Below are positions 1 through 8,873 of a stretch of 64,000 nucleotides of DNA, piece by piece. A model generated the notes under the pieces. The model saw only the letters and a program-made list of their open reading frames with translations. It was not told the origin of the DNA and did not search any database. The position numbers and the translations under genes are program-made. Position 1 is the stretch's first letter. Every line of letters begins with the position of its first letter. The stretch comes from Acidobacteriota bacterium (GTDB taxonomy: Bacteria; Acidobacteriota; Thermoanaerobaculia; Gp7-AA8): NCBI GenBank assembly GCA_019244185.1, contig JAFATB010000026.1:148175-212174 (forward strand), written 5' to 3'.

Positions 1-451
1 TTTGTTCGGTGGAGCTGAGCTGCTCGGACGCGCTGCGCGCGAGGACGCGCGAGCGGCCGCTGATCTGATCGCTGACTTTCGCGACGTCGGCGGCGAGCTG
101 TCCGAAGCGGCGGATGGTCCGCTCGAGACTTGCGACCAGCGCGCGCATCGCAGCCGACGTGCGCGCCGACTGCGTCTCACTTTCGATGTCGCGCGCCGAC
201 AGCGAGAGGTCGCCGGTGGTCACGCGGTCGATCAGCTTGATCACGCCTTCGCGCCTCTGCAGCGCGCGCGCGAGCCAGATCTGAAACATCACGACACAGA
301 TCGCGCTGGCGAGGAGCGCCGCCGCCAGAACTTTCCACCACAGCGCCCACGTCATGTCGGGGATGAACCAGACGAAGACGGCGAACAGAATGACGCAGGT
401 AATCAGCAGGACCCAGGTCTGCTGAGCCCGTCCCAACTGTCGAAGTTTCAT
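1..451 (-). CDS. methyl-accepting chemotaxis protein-like (N-terminal part; partial, continues past left edge)
   Basis: Absent from the ORF track because it is open at the window edge. Minus-strand translation from ATG at 449-451 reads MKLRQLGRAQQTWVLLITCVILFAVFVWFIPDMTWALWWKVLAAALLASAICVVMFQIWLARALQRREGVIKLIDRVTTGDLSLSARDIE...QISGRSRVLARSASEQLSSTEQ. This gives two TM helices, a HAMP-like linker, then MCP-signalling-like heptads. Confidence 0.55.
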   Translation of the reverse strand, partial: MKLRQLGRAQQTWVLLITCVILFAVFVWFIPDMTWALWWKVLAAALLASAICVVMFQIWLARALQRREGVIKLIDRVTTGDLSLSARDIESETQSARTSAAMRALVASLERTIRRFGQLAADVAKVSDQISGRSRVLARSASEQLSSTEQ

Positions 452-497
452 AGAGTTCCCGAAATCGGATGCTAACACGGGGTACGATTCGACCGTC

Positions 498-1385
498 GTG
501 TCCGATTACTTCGCGTCGCGCCGCGCCTCGATCGACGACTACCTCGGGCACCTCGCCGGCGCGACCGGCGCTCCGCGCCCGCTCGACGCGCCACTGCGCC
601 GCGCGCTCGCGTCCGCCGGCAAACGCGTGCGCGGCATTCTCACGCTCGCGGTGGGGGAGTCGGTCGGCGGCCGCGTCGAAAAGCTCCTTCCCGCCGCCGC
701 GTCCATCGAGATGATTCACGCGTCGTCGCTCGTGCTCGACGATCTCCCCGCGATGGACGACGCGCTGCTGCGCCGCGGCGCGCCGACGCTGCATCGCGAG
801 TTCGGCGAAGACCTGGCGATCCTCTCCGCCGTCGCGCTGCTCAATCACGCTTATGGACTTGTGGCAAAAGCGCACGCGGACTGCGCGCCGCGACGCTGGC
901 CGATGCAGCAGGTGCTGCAGCGCGTCGTCGACGCCGTCGGCTGGGACGGCACGATCGCCGGCGAAGCCGTCGACCTGCACCCCGACTCGTACAAAGGCAA
1001 CGCGCCGCTCGACTTCGACACGCTCGAGTTCATTCATTCGCGCAAGACCGGCGCGCTCTTCGTCGCCGCGGCGGCGGTCGGCGGAATGCTCGGCAACATC
1101 CATCCGGCGCCGCTGCAGCGCATCGAAGTCTTCGCGAAGAACCTCGGCCTCGCGTTCCAGATCACCGACGACGTGCTCGACGTGACGTCGAAACCCGAGG
1201 TGCTCGGGAAGGACGTGGGGAAAGACGAGCAGCGGCTGACGTTCGTCAAGCTCGCAGGTGTCGACGGCGCGCGGAAGCTCAGCGAAGAGCTCGTGGAGAC
1301 GTCGCTGACGGCGATCGAGCCGCTCGGAGCGGCCGCGAAGCCGCTCCGAGAGCTGGCGCTGCTCGTGCGCGACCGCGTTCGTTGA
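498..1385 (+). CDS. polyprenyl diphosphate synthase (FPP/GGPP synthase family)
   Basis: Both Asp-rich motifs of trans-prenyltransferases are present: LVLDDLPAMDD and FQITDDVLD, followed by GKDVGKD. Confidence 0.85.
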   Translation: MSDYFASRRASIDDYLGHLAGATGAPRPLDAPLRRALASAGKRVRGILTLAVGESVGGRVEKLLPAAASIEMIHASSLVLDDLPAMDDALLRRGAPTLHREFGEDLAILSAVALLNHAYGLVAKAHADCAPRRWPMQQVLQRVVDAVGWDGTIAGEAVDLHPDSYKGNAPLDFDTLEFIHSRKTGALFVAAAAVGGMLGNIHPAPLQRIEVFAKNLGLAFQITDDVLDVTSKPEVLGKDVGKDEQRLTFVKLAGVDGARKLSEELVETSLTAIEPLGAAAKPLRELALLVRDRVR

Positions 1386-1394
1386 TCGCGACGC

Positions 1395-1910
1395 TCAGTG
1401 CACGCGCACTTGCTCGACTTCCTCGAACCAGCGCTCCTGACCTTTCGCGTACCAGCTCCAGCGCGAGCGCACGTGATCGGCGTCGACGAAGCGGAATTCG
1501 ACGGCGTCCATGTGCCCGACGTCGCGCGACTGCATGTTGGTGCCGCTCACGAAGCGGAACACGACCCGCGCGCCGCTCTCGTCGATGGTCGTCGCGGCGA
1601 GCGTCGGCTGATTGCCAGCCTCGCAATAGTGCGTCAGCAGTAGGCGATCGCCGTCGAGATAGAACGTCGTGACCATGCCGTCGTTCGCCTCGCCGTCGAA
1701 ATGCGAACGGTTGATGACCGCGGTGCCTTTCGCCGCGACTTCATAAGAGTTCGTTTCCGTCCAGCCCTTTGTACTGGCGGCGTGCCATTGTCCGGCCATC
1801 GCTTTGAAACGCGCGAAGAGTTGTTGCGCGTCCGCGGGCGTCACGGGGCGTTCGGCCGCCGCAGCACGCAAGGGAAGCAGGAGGAACAGCAGGAGCATCG
1901 TTCGTCGCAT
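1395..1910 (-). CDS. secreted hypothetical protein
   Basis: Signal-peptide-like start MRRTMLLLFLLLPLRAAAAE. AAGGAG lies 6 nt upstream of the ATG at 1908-1910 (alternative ATG at 1916). Composition is protein-like, whereas overlapping frames are Arg-rich. Confidence 0.6.
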   Translation of the reverse strand: MRRTMLLLFLLLPLRAAAAERPVTPADAQQLFARFKAMAGQWHAASTKGWTETNSYEVAAKGTAVINRSHFDGEANDGMVTTFYLDGDRLLLTHYCEAGNQPTLAATTIDESGARVVFRFVSGTNMQSRDVGHMDAVEFRFVDADHVRSRWSWYAKGQERWFEEVEQVRVH

Positions 1911-1951
1911 GGGCATCTCCTTTGGCATTGAGGGAGGCGCGCGACGGAAAA

Positions 1952-1969
1952 GGTTGCGTGGACGCAACC
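1952..1969. promoter_or_regulatory. inverted repeat GGTTGCGT-GG-ACGCAACC in divergent promoter region
   Basis: Perfect 8-bp arms read directly from the sequence. It lies between the divergent secreted-protein gene (start 1910) and the ECF sigma gene (start 2000). Confidence 0.25.
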
Positions 1970-1999
1970 GTTCGGGGCAGATTGCGCCCTCATACAACG

Positions 2000-2509
2000 A
2001 TGGATGACCAACTGCTCGTGCGCGAGCTACGCGCCGGCCGCGAGCCGGCGTTCCGGCTCCTGTACGAACGGCACAGTCCCGCGCTCTTCGCCTTTCTCCG
2101 GCACCTTCTCGGCGCCGCGCGCGAGGAGGCCGGCGACGCGCTGCAGGACGTCTGGCTGCGTGCGACGCGCGACCTGCCGCGGTTTCGCGAGCAGTCGTCG
2201 TTCCGCACGTGGCTGTTCGGCATCGCGGTGAACCGCTGCCGCGAGATCCTGCGGCTGGCCGGCCGCTACGAATCGCCTGAGGAAATCGAGGTGACCGCGC
2301 CGCCGGTGCCTCTCGTCGAGCGCCTCGACCTCGGCCGCGCGATTCCGCGGCTGCCGCACCGCTATCGCGAAGTGCTCATCCTGCACGACCTCTATGAACA
2401 CACGCACGCGGAGATTGCAGCGATGCTCGGGATCGATGAGGGCACATCGAAGAGCAATCTGTCTCGCGCGCGTGCACGACTGCGCGAGCTGATCGGAGGG
2501 CCGTCATGA
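2000..2509 (+). CDS. ECF-type RNA polymerase sigma-70 family factor
   Basis: Region 2 (DALQDVWLRA..FRTWLFGIAVNRCRE) and region 4 (YREVLILHDLYEHTHAEIAAMLGIDEGTSKSNLSRARARLRE). Start taken at MDDQLLVRELRAG; the track ORF begins upstream at 1922. Confidence 0.85.
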   Translation: MDDQLLVRELRAGREPAFRLLYERHSPALFAFLRHLLGAAREEAGDALQDVWLRATRDLPRFREQSSFRTWLFGIAVNRCREILRLAGRYESPEEIEVTAPPVPLVERLDLGRAIPRLPHRYREVLILHDLYEHTHAEIAAMLGIDEGTSKSNLSRARARLRELIGGPS

Positions 2510-3012
2510 CGGACGACCGCGTTGATTTGTCGTCGCTGGACCGCGAGACCGCACCGCCGCCGGAGCTCGAGCGTGCGCTCGTGCGCTCCTTGCGCCGCGC
2601 GGGATTCCTGCGAACAAAGCCGCTGCTGGCGCTCGGCGGCTGGGCTGCCGCCGCGGTCATGGCCGGCATTGCGCTGTTTCTGTACGTGCATCCGCCGAGC
2701 GCGGCGCGTTCGCCGTCGCCACAGTACATTCTGCTGCTCTATGAATCGCCGCAATTTCGAGGCGGCTCGCACAGTGAATACGCGGCATGGGCGCGGCGCC
2801 AGCACCCGCGCATTGTGGGCGGCGAAGAGCTTGCGCAGCCCACTGTGACTGCGATTCCCGGTGCGTCCACGCCGCTGCCGTCCGATCAGCCGCGCTTTGC
2901 CGGCTATTTCTTAATCGATGCGCCCGATGATGCCGCGGCCGTCGAGCTCGCGCGCGCGTGTCCGCATGTGCGGCATGGAGGTTCCGTCGTCTTACGCAGG
3001 ATCACGAGGTAA
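2506..3012 (+). CDS. putative anti-sigma factor (single TM, C-terminal YCII-like domain)
   Basis: ATGA overlap with the sigma gene. TM segment LLALGGWAAAAVMAGIALFLYV. The C-terminal part (YILLLYESP...FAGYFLIDAPDDAAAVELARACPHVRHGG) resembles YCII-related domains. Confidence 0.6.
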   Translation: MTDDRVDLSSLDRETAPPPELERALVRSLRRAGFLRTKPLLALGGWAAAAVMAGIALFLYVHPPSAARSPSPQYILLLYESPQFRGGSHSEYAAWARRQHPRIVGGEELAQPTVTAIPGASTPLPSDQPRFAGYFLIDAPDDAAAVELARACPHVRHGGSVVLRRITR

Positions 3013-3027
3013 CGGCGCGGTTGCGCG

Positions 3028-3459
3028 TCAGTGCACGTTCGGGCGGCGGTCGCCTGCGGCGCCGCCGGCGAGGGGATGCCCGTCGTGCAGCAGGTTCGCG
3101 CAATCGCGCACGACTTCCACGACCTGCTCGACGTCGAACGGCTTTCGCACGCAGCCGTGCACGAGCGTCGGATCGAGCTGGCGGAAGGCGGCATCGTCGA
3201 AGGCCGACATCACGAAGACGACCGGCTTGACGCGCAGCGGCAGCGCGGGCAGCGCTTCGATGAAGTCGAAGCCGCTCATCCGCGGCATCATGAGGTCGAC
3301 CAGCAGCACGGCGTACTCGCTCGACTCCATGCGTTCGAGCGCGGCCACGCCGTCGTTGGCGACATCGACGTCGAGTCCCGCGCGTTGCAGGGCCGAGACG
3401 AGCAGCGCGCGAATGGCCGGATCGTCTTCGACGACCAGGACCCGTGGCAATGTCGGCAT
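3028..3459 (-). CDS. single-domain response regulator (receiver)
   Basis: RVLVVEDDPAIR...LLVDLMMPRMSGFDF...KPF receiver motifs. Start taken at MPTLPRVLVVEDD (ATG 3457-3459). Confidence 0.8.
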   Translation of the reverse strand: MPTLPRVLVVEDDPAIRALLVSALQRAGLDVDVANDGVAALERMESSEYAVLLVDLMMPRMSGFDFIEALPALPLRVKPVVFVMSAFDDAAFRQLDPTLVHGCVRKPFDVEQVVEVVRDCANLLHDGHPLAGGAAGDRRPNVH

Positions 3460-3515
3460 GTGTAGGCAGCGTAAACGAAGCAGGCTGGAGCTGGTGACGG
3501 ACGGGTGGAAGTAAA

Positions 3516-4394
3516 ATGACGGACATGGCATATGCGATCGAGGCAGGGGAGGCATTGCCCGATGCGCTGCGGCGGATCGTCGCCGAACAGGTGCAGCACG
3601 TGCTGGCCCTGCGCGGCGACGGCGAGGTCGAAATGCGCGTGCACGAGCTGCGCAAACGGATCAAGCAACTGCGGGCGCTGCTGCGGCTCGTCCGGCCGGA
3701 GATCGGCGACGCGTTCGGCGCGTTCAATGCCCGCCTGCGCGACATTGCGCAACGACTCTCCGGGATTCGCGACGCGCACGTACTCGTCGCGGTCGTAGAC
3801 AAGCTCTCGCAAGGCGCGCACGACGCGGATCGCGACGCATTGCTCATTGTGCGCCGTTCCTTGAGCGCATCAGAGCCTGGCGATATTGAAGCCTCAATGA
3901 CACGCGCCATTGAAGACATTCGCGGCTTGCAGCCGGTGCTCGCGTCCGCGGTCTGGCCATTGGAGGATCGTTTCCGCGTCATTGGACGTGGATTCCAGCG
4001 TACCTACCGCGATGGCCGCCGCTCAATGCACAATGCCATCGAATCGCCAAGGCCCGTGAACATGCATCAGTGGCGCAAGCGGGCCAAGGACCACTGGCAT
4101 CAATTGCAGCTCTTACGAGACGTTGCGCCCGACGAATTTCACGAACGCGCCGCGCACGCCAAAGAGCTCTCCGACGTCCTCGGCGACGACCACGATCTCG
4201 CGCTGTTGTACGAGCGCGTCGCCGCCGATGCGTCGCTGACCGATGAAACGCGCGACGCCGTGCTCCGCCTCACGATCGCCGCCCAACAGCGTCTTCAGCA
4301 GCGCGCCCGCGAACTGGGGGAGGCGTTGTACGACCACTCGCCGCGTGCGTTCCGCAAGCACGCGCGCAACCGCTGGCGCGCGTGGCGCAGCTGA
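3516..4394 (+). CDS. CHAD domain-containing protein
   Basis: Helical repeats with the VHELRKRIKQLRALLRL and HQWRKRAKDHWHQLQLL signatures typical of CHAD domains. Confidence 0.7.
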   Translation: MTDMAYAIEAGEALPDALRRIVAEQVQHVLALRGDGEVEMRVHELRKRIKQLRALLRLVRPEIGDAFGAFNARLRDIAQRLSGIRDAHVLVAVVDKLSQGAHDADRDALLIVRRSLSASEPGDIEASMTRAIEDIRGLQPVLASAVWPLEDRFRVIGRGFQRTYRDGRRSMHNAIESPRPVNMHQWRKRAKDHWHQLQLLRDVAPDEFHERAAHAKELSDVLGDDHDLALLYERVAADASLTDETRDAVLRLTIAAQQRLQQRARELGEALYDHSPRAFRKHARNRWRAWRS

Positions 4395-4474
4395 GGGCGC
4401 GCGCGATCCTCTGCTAGAATGCGCCGCGAGCCGCGCCGGTCCAGCGGGCTCGGCCAAACAGAGAGAGCCCCATC

Positions 4475-6685
4475 ATGCCCAATCCCTTCAGACGCGCGGC
4501 CGTCGTCTGCTTCGCCGGAGTGCTGCTCGCGAGCTCCGGTGCGAGCGCCGAGGCGCTGCGTCGCGTGCCGCTGTACCGTATGGGCAGCGAAGTCGGATAT
4601 CTCAGTCGAGTCGTCGTTCGCAATGTCTACGGACCGGCATCCTCGCCCCCGGAGATCGTCGCGTGCAGCAACAGCGGCGGCGCGTACGCGCTGACGTATT
4701 CTGGTCCTTCGTCGTACCGCACCGTGTGGTATTCGCAGCCGGTTCTCTGCGGCGCCCTGGCCGTCGGCGATCTCGACGGCGACGGCCGGAACGAGGTCGT
4801 GATGGCCGCGACCGAATACGGCAAAATGGAAGCGCTGCAGGTGTACGACCCCGAGGGCTTCGGCGGACCGCGCGCGTCCGTCCAGATTCCCAGCGCGCTT
4901 CCCATTTTGTCCATCGCGATCGGCAATGCGGACGCCGACCCGGGACTGGAGATCGTCGTCGCCACGAGGTCGGATACGTACATCTACGATGCGGCCACCC
5001 TGTCGCTCGAATGGACGGCGACCGGCCGCGGCGGAGCCTTCGTCGCCATCGCCGATCTCGAGAACGATGGCGTGCCGGAGATCATCCTCAACGGTGCCGG
5101 CGACGGACAGGTCCTCAATGGCGTGACGCACGCGTTCAAGTGGGGCTACTCCGGCGGGTTCGGCGGCTATGTCGCGGTCGGCGACGTGGATGGCGACGGG
5201 AAAGCGGAGATCGTCGGTAGCGATGCCGGCAACATTCGGGTCTTTCAGGGCGACACGCTCACCTCGTCGTCCTTCGGTACCGACGCGTCTTCGATCGCTG
5301 CGATCGCCGTCGGCGACGCGAACGGCGACGGGCAGAGCGAGATCATCGTCAGCGACATCTACTACAGGACGCCCGTGAGCGGGTATTCGGCGACCGGCAC
5401 AAAGTTGTGGGCGATCACCAGCACCAATTCGGATGCATTGAACCTCGCTGTGGGCGATGTGGATGGCGATCGCAGCGCGGAAGTGGTCTGGTCCTCGAAT
5501 TCGTACAACCCGGCGGTGTACGTCGGCAGGCCCGCAACGAACAGTGTGGAGATGGCCGCAGCGGATGTCGTCGGTGCGTTTCAGCCGGTCATCGCCGATC
5601 TCAATGGCGACGGCCGACACGAAATGATTATGACCGTAGCGGTGAACGGCGGCCGTACGCCCAACCGTGTGGAGATTCACGATCTGGCGGGAGGAGTTTC
5701 GTGGTTCTCGACGTTCGTCAACTCGTACTCCTCAAATCCAGCGAAGGTCGCGGTCGGACAGTTGGACGCCGATCCCGCGCTCGAGATCGCCGTCCTGCAG
5801 GACTCGAGACTCTACGTCTATGATGGCGTTACGCATGCTCTGGAGTGGACCAGTGCGGCTGCGAATTTCTCGTCATCGTTTTTGATGGTGCGCAACGTCG
5901 ACAGCGATCCCATGGATGAGATCATCGTGGCGACGACCGACAATAAGGTCGAAGTGCTCGACGGCGCCTCGCCTTTCGTTCAGAACATTTCTCCCGCGTT
6001 GGACTACCCGATCACAGACGTCGCCGTGGCCGATCTCGACGGCGATCAGACGCTCGATTATGTGGTCGCGAGCTTCTACGACATTTATGTGTTCAAAGCC
6101 TCCGATTTCACGGAGCGTCTGCACATGCCGGCGCCGTACACCGATGCCGTGGCCGCCACAGAAGGGGAGTTTGCGGTCGCCTCCACCAACGGAGGAGTCA
6201 CGAGCTATTCAGGAACCACGTTGCAGCCGCAATGGACTTGTTATACCGATCCGAGGACGGTCTTGCGCTACGGGATACTAGGCGGCAAGAAGTGGCTCGC
6301 CGCCGCCGCGCCGGATAACGTGCAGCTCTTTGCCACCGGCGGCACCTCGTGCCCCGACAAGGCCGCGGCGGAATACGCGTTTCCCGGCGCGTCCATCCTT
6401 CAGCTCGCCGACATGAACGGCGACGGAGCCGCCGAGATGATCCTCGCCGGATCCAGCAGCGCCGAAGTCGATCTCATTGCGCTTGCCAGCGCCCCGCGCG
6501 GCGACGCGGACAATGACGGCGTGGTCGCGGACACGGACATGGACACGCTGGCGCGCTACTTCTTCGGCGACGGCAAAGTCCCCGCCGCGGGTGCCGACGT
6601 CAACGGCGATCTGTCGCTGCGCGCGGACGATCTGCTCTATCTCATCAATTACCGTCGCGGGACGGGAGCTGCTCCTCCACAATGA
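4475..6685 (+). CDS. secreted FG-GAP/VCBS-repeat protein with C-terminal dockerin-like module
   Basis: Signal peptide. At least 7 Ca-binding repeat cores (GDLDGDGRNEVV, GDVDGDGKAEIV, GDANGDGQSEII, GDVDGDRSAEVV, ADLNGDGRHEMI, ADLDGDQTLDYV, ADMNGDGAAEMI). The C-terminus has two dockerin-type segments: DADNDGVVADTDMDTLARYF and DVNGDLSLRADDLLYLINY. Confidence 0.8.
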   Translation: MPNPFRRAAVVCFAGVLLASSGASAEALRRVPLYRMGSEVGYLSRVVVRNVYGPASSPPEIVACSNSGGAYALTYSGPSSYRTVWYSQPVLCGALAVGDLDGDGRNEVVMAATEYGKMEALQVYDPEGFGGPRASVQIPSALPILSIAIGNADADPGLEIVVATRSDTYIYDAATLSLEWTATGRGGAFVAIADLENDGVPEIILNGAGDGQVLNGVTHAFKWGYSGGFGGYVAVGDVDGDGKAEIVGSDAGNIRVFQGDTLTSSSFGTDASSIAAIAVGDANGDGQSEIIVSDIYYRTPVSGYSATGTKLWAITSTNSDALNLAVGDVDGDRSAEVVWSSNSYNPAVYVGRPATNSVEMAAADVVGAFQPVIADLNGDGRHEMIMTVAVNGGRTPNRVEIHDLAGGVSWFSTFVNSYSSNPAKVAVGQLDADPALEIAVLQDSRLYVYDGVTHALEWTSAAANFSSSFLMVRNVDSDPMDEIIVATTDNKVEVLDGASPFVQNISPALDYPITDVAVADLDGDQTLDYVVASFYDIYVFKASDFTERLHMPAPYTDAVAATEGEFAVASTNGGVTSYSGTTLQPQWTCYTDPRTVLRYGILGGKKWLAAAAPDNVQLFATGGTSCPDKAAAEYAFPGASILQLADMNGDGAAEMILAGSSSAEVDLIALASAPRGDADNDGVVADTDMDTLARYFFGDGKVPAAGADVNGDLSLRADDLLYLINYRRGTGAAPPQ

Positions 6686-8172
6686 AAACCTTTCGTGCAG
6701 TTCTGATCCTCATGTCTCTGTGCGGCGCGCTCGCGGCGAGTGCCGCCGAGGATGTGGTCACTGTCGGCAGTCTCTCCGCGCCGAAGGGCTCCGTGCTCGT
6801 GCCGGTGTATGTGCGCGACCTCAGTGCGACGCGCCTGGGCATCGATAAGCCTTCGGGACAGCGCATTCAGTCCGTCGGGTTCCGCGTCCGTTTCTCACCC
6901 GCCGGCGCGGTGACGTCGGCGGCGTTCTCGCGTTCGGGAACGCTGCTCAAGACGCCGCTGTATGAGAAGAGCTTTCAGGGCAGCGACTGGCTCGGCTACA
7001 TCGCCTCGTTCGCGGAAGCGAACAATGCGCTGGCGTTCACGTCCAATGCGGCTGCGCCAGGAAATCTCATCGGCTATCTGCAATTGACGACCGCGTCGTC
7101 GCTCGCCGCCGGAACGGTCGTCAACGTCACCATCGATCCCACCGCGGCGCTCCTGGGCGACCAGGCGGGCGCCGTCATCGAGACGTATGCGAACGCGGGG
7201 CTCGTGCTGCAGAACGGCACGATCACGCTGACCGCGGGCACGTGCACCACTCCGGCGGTTTCCGCGAGCGTCACCGGCACCGCGGCTTCCTGCGTGCTCG
7301 GCACCGGCGGCACCGCCAGCGCGAACGTGAGCGGCGGAACGGTGGCGGCGTATCAGTGGGGCTATCGCATCACGTCGAACGGCTCCATCACCACGATCAG
7401 CGGCGCGACCAACTCGTCGTACACCATCACCGGCGCGGACTTCGGCGGCGCGGGGACGAAGTACCTCGTCGTGACCGTGACGCCGTCGTGCGGCGCGCAA
7501 GTCGTCTCGAACGAAATCGCGGTCGACATCACGACCGCGCCGGCCGTTTCGCTCGTCGCCAGCAGCACCGTCTTCGCGAATTCGCCCGACAATTACGCGT
7601 CGGTCGCGGATCAGGGGAACGGCGCCACGTACACGTGGTCGATCACCAACGGCACGATCACCAGCGGACAGGGCACGCGGCAGATCCGCTACACGTCGGG
7701 CGCGAGCGGCACGGTCGCACTCGGTATCACCGTGACGAAGAACGGTTGCAGCGATCCTGCTTCACCGACCGCGAACGTCACGATCGTCGCGCGGCCCGCG
7801 GGCGCGGTCCTGTTCTACCTGGTCACGCCGTGCCGGCTCATCGACACGCGCGGCCCGGTGGGCACTTACGGCGGTCCTGCATCGCCGAGCGGATCGTTGC
7901 GGCAGGTCCCGGTCGCCGGCGTTTGCGGGATTCCGTCCGGCGCGCGCGCCATCGCCGCCAACGTCACGGCGGTGGCTCCGCAGACGGGCGGCTATCTCGC
8001 GCTCTTCGCGTCCGACGTCGCGTGGGCCGGCACGAGCACGCTCAACTACCGTACCGGCAAGACGCGTGCGAACAACGCGGTGCTGCCGCTGTCCGCGGAC
8101 GGGCGCATCACGGTGAAGAATGAAGGCAGCACGCTGAACTTCATCATCGACGTGACGGGATACTTCAAGTAG
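6682..8172 (+). CDS. secreted protein: N-terminal cohesin-like domain, Ig-like repeats, conserved C-terminal module
   Basis: ATGA overlap with the upstream gene. Signal peptide. The N-terminal ~170 aa (VVTVGSLSAPKGSVLVPVYVRD...IQSVGFRVRFSP...IGYLQL...GTVVNVTIDP) follow the cohesin beta-sandwich pattern. The middle is Thr/Ser/Gly-rich and Ig-like. Confidence 0.7.
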   Translation: MKTFRAVLILMSLCGALAASAAEDVVTVGSLSAPKGSVLVPVYVRDLSATRLGIDKPSGQRIQSVGFRVRFSPAGAVTSAAFSRSGTLLKTPLYEKSFQGSDWLGYIASFAEANNALAFTSNAAAPGNLIGYLQLTTASSLAAGTVVNVTIDPTAALLGDQAGAVIETYANAGLVLQNGTITLTAGTCTTPAVSASVTGTAASCVLGTGGTASANVSGGTVAAYQWGYRITSNGSITTISGATNSSYTITGADFGGAGTKYLVVTVTPSCGAQVVSNEIAVDITTAPAVSLVASSTVFANSPDNYASVADQGNGATYTWSITNGTITSGQGTRQIRYTSGASGTVALGITVTKNGCSDPASPTANVTIVARPAGAVLFYLVTPCRLIDTRGPVGTYGGPASPSGSLRQVPVAGVCGIPSGARAIAANVTAVAPQTGGYLALFASDVAWAGTSTLNYRTGKTRANNAVLPLSADGRITVKNEGSTLNFIIDVTGYFK

Positions 8173-8197
8173 GCGAGAGCGCCGCCGGCGCTCTCGC
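8173..8197. terminator. hairpin between convergent genes (possible bidirectional terminator)
   Basis: GCGAGAGCGCC-GCC-GGCGCTCTCGC, a perfect 11-bp stem, lies exactly between stop codons at 8170-8172 (+) and 8198-8200 (-). There is no U-tract. Confidence 0.35.
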
Positions 8198-8518
8198 TTA
8201 CCGATTCACCCAGTCGAGGACCGGGCCGAGCTCGAGCTTCGCCGTCTTGGCGAGCTCGTTCACGCGCCGGAGGTTTCCGTCCGCGAGCGCGCGGCGAAGG
8301 TCGAGGAGCGCGTGCTTGACGTTCAACGCGTTGTCGCGAAACGCGCCGCCCTTGACGGACTTGCCGAGCGTTTCGCCGATCGGCTCGAGCTCCGCGTCGA
8401 CCTTCTTCCAGTCGTCGAGCGTCCAGCGATTGCCGTCCGCGTCACGGAGAATGCTGGACAGTCGGGTCGCTGCCTGTTTGGCAGCCGGCTTGTCGGGGCC
8501 AATCTGACGTTCGGTCAT
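8198..8518 (-). CDS. hypothetical small protein (106 aa)
   Basis: Balanced, charged, helical composition (MTERQIGPDKPAAKQAATRLSSILRDADGNRWTLDDWKK...). No recognised domain. Confidence 0.5.
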   Translation of the reverse strand: MTERQIGPDKPAAKQAATRLSSILRDADGNRWTLDDWKKVDAELEPIGETLGKSVKGGAFRDNALNVKHALLDLRRALADGNLRRVNELAKTAKLELGPVLDWVNR

Positions 8519-8640
8519 CCGATCTCCTTCTCGCCGGCTTCGCAGCCGGATCGGGTTCCTGATTGTCTGGGGGTGACCTGCGGAAGGCGGTAGTGTAGCG
8601 CTTCAGGCCGTTGCGATGGAAATCGCGAGAAGGGGAGGAT

Positions 8641-8716
<76 letters not shown>

Positions 8717-8839
8717 AACTGAGCTACCGAGGGCTGCGCTCGGAAACAGGGGTTCCGAAAAAGCGCGGCGGAAGATACCACAGCGACGTGGAGTGCAGAA
8801 TAGCTTTTCGGCGCGGGTTCATTCCAAAGAAGGGAGCGC

Positions 8840-8867
8840 TTGACAGGCGGCGGAGGGGGCGTAGACT
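8840..8867 (+). promoter_or_regulatory. sigma70-like promoter (TTGACA-N16-TAGACT)
   Basis: Perfect -35 TTGACA at 8840-8845 and a -10-like TAGACT at 8862-8867. No CDS follows for about 480 nt. Confidence 0.35.
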
Positions 8868-8873
8868 CGTCGG

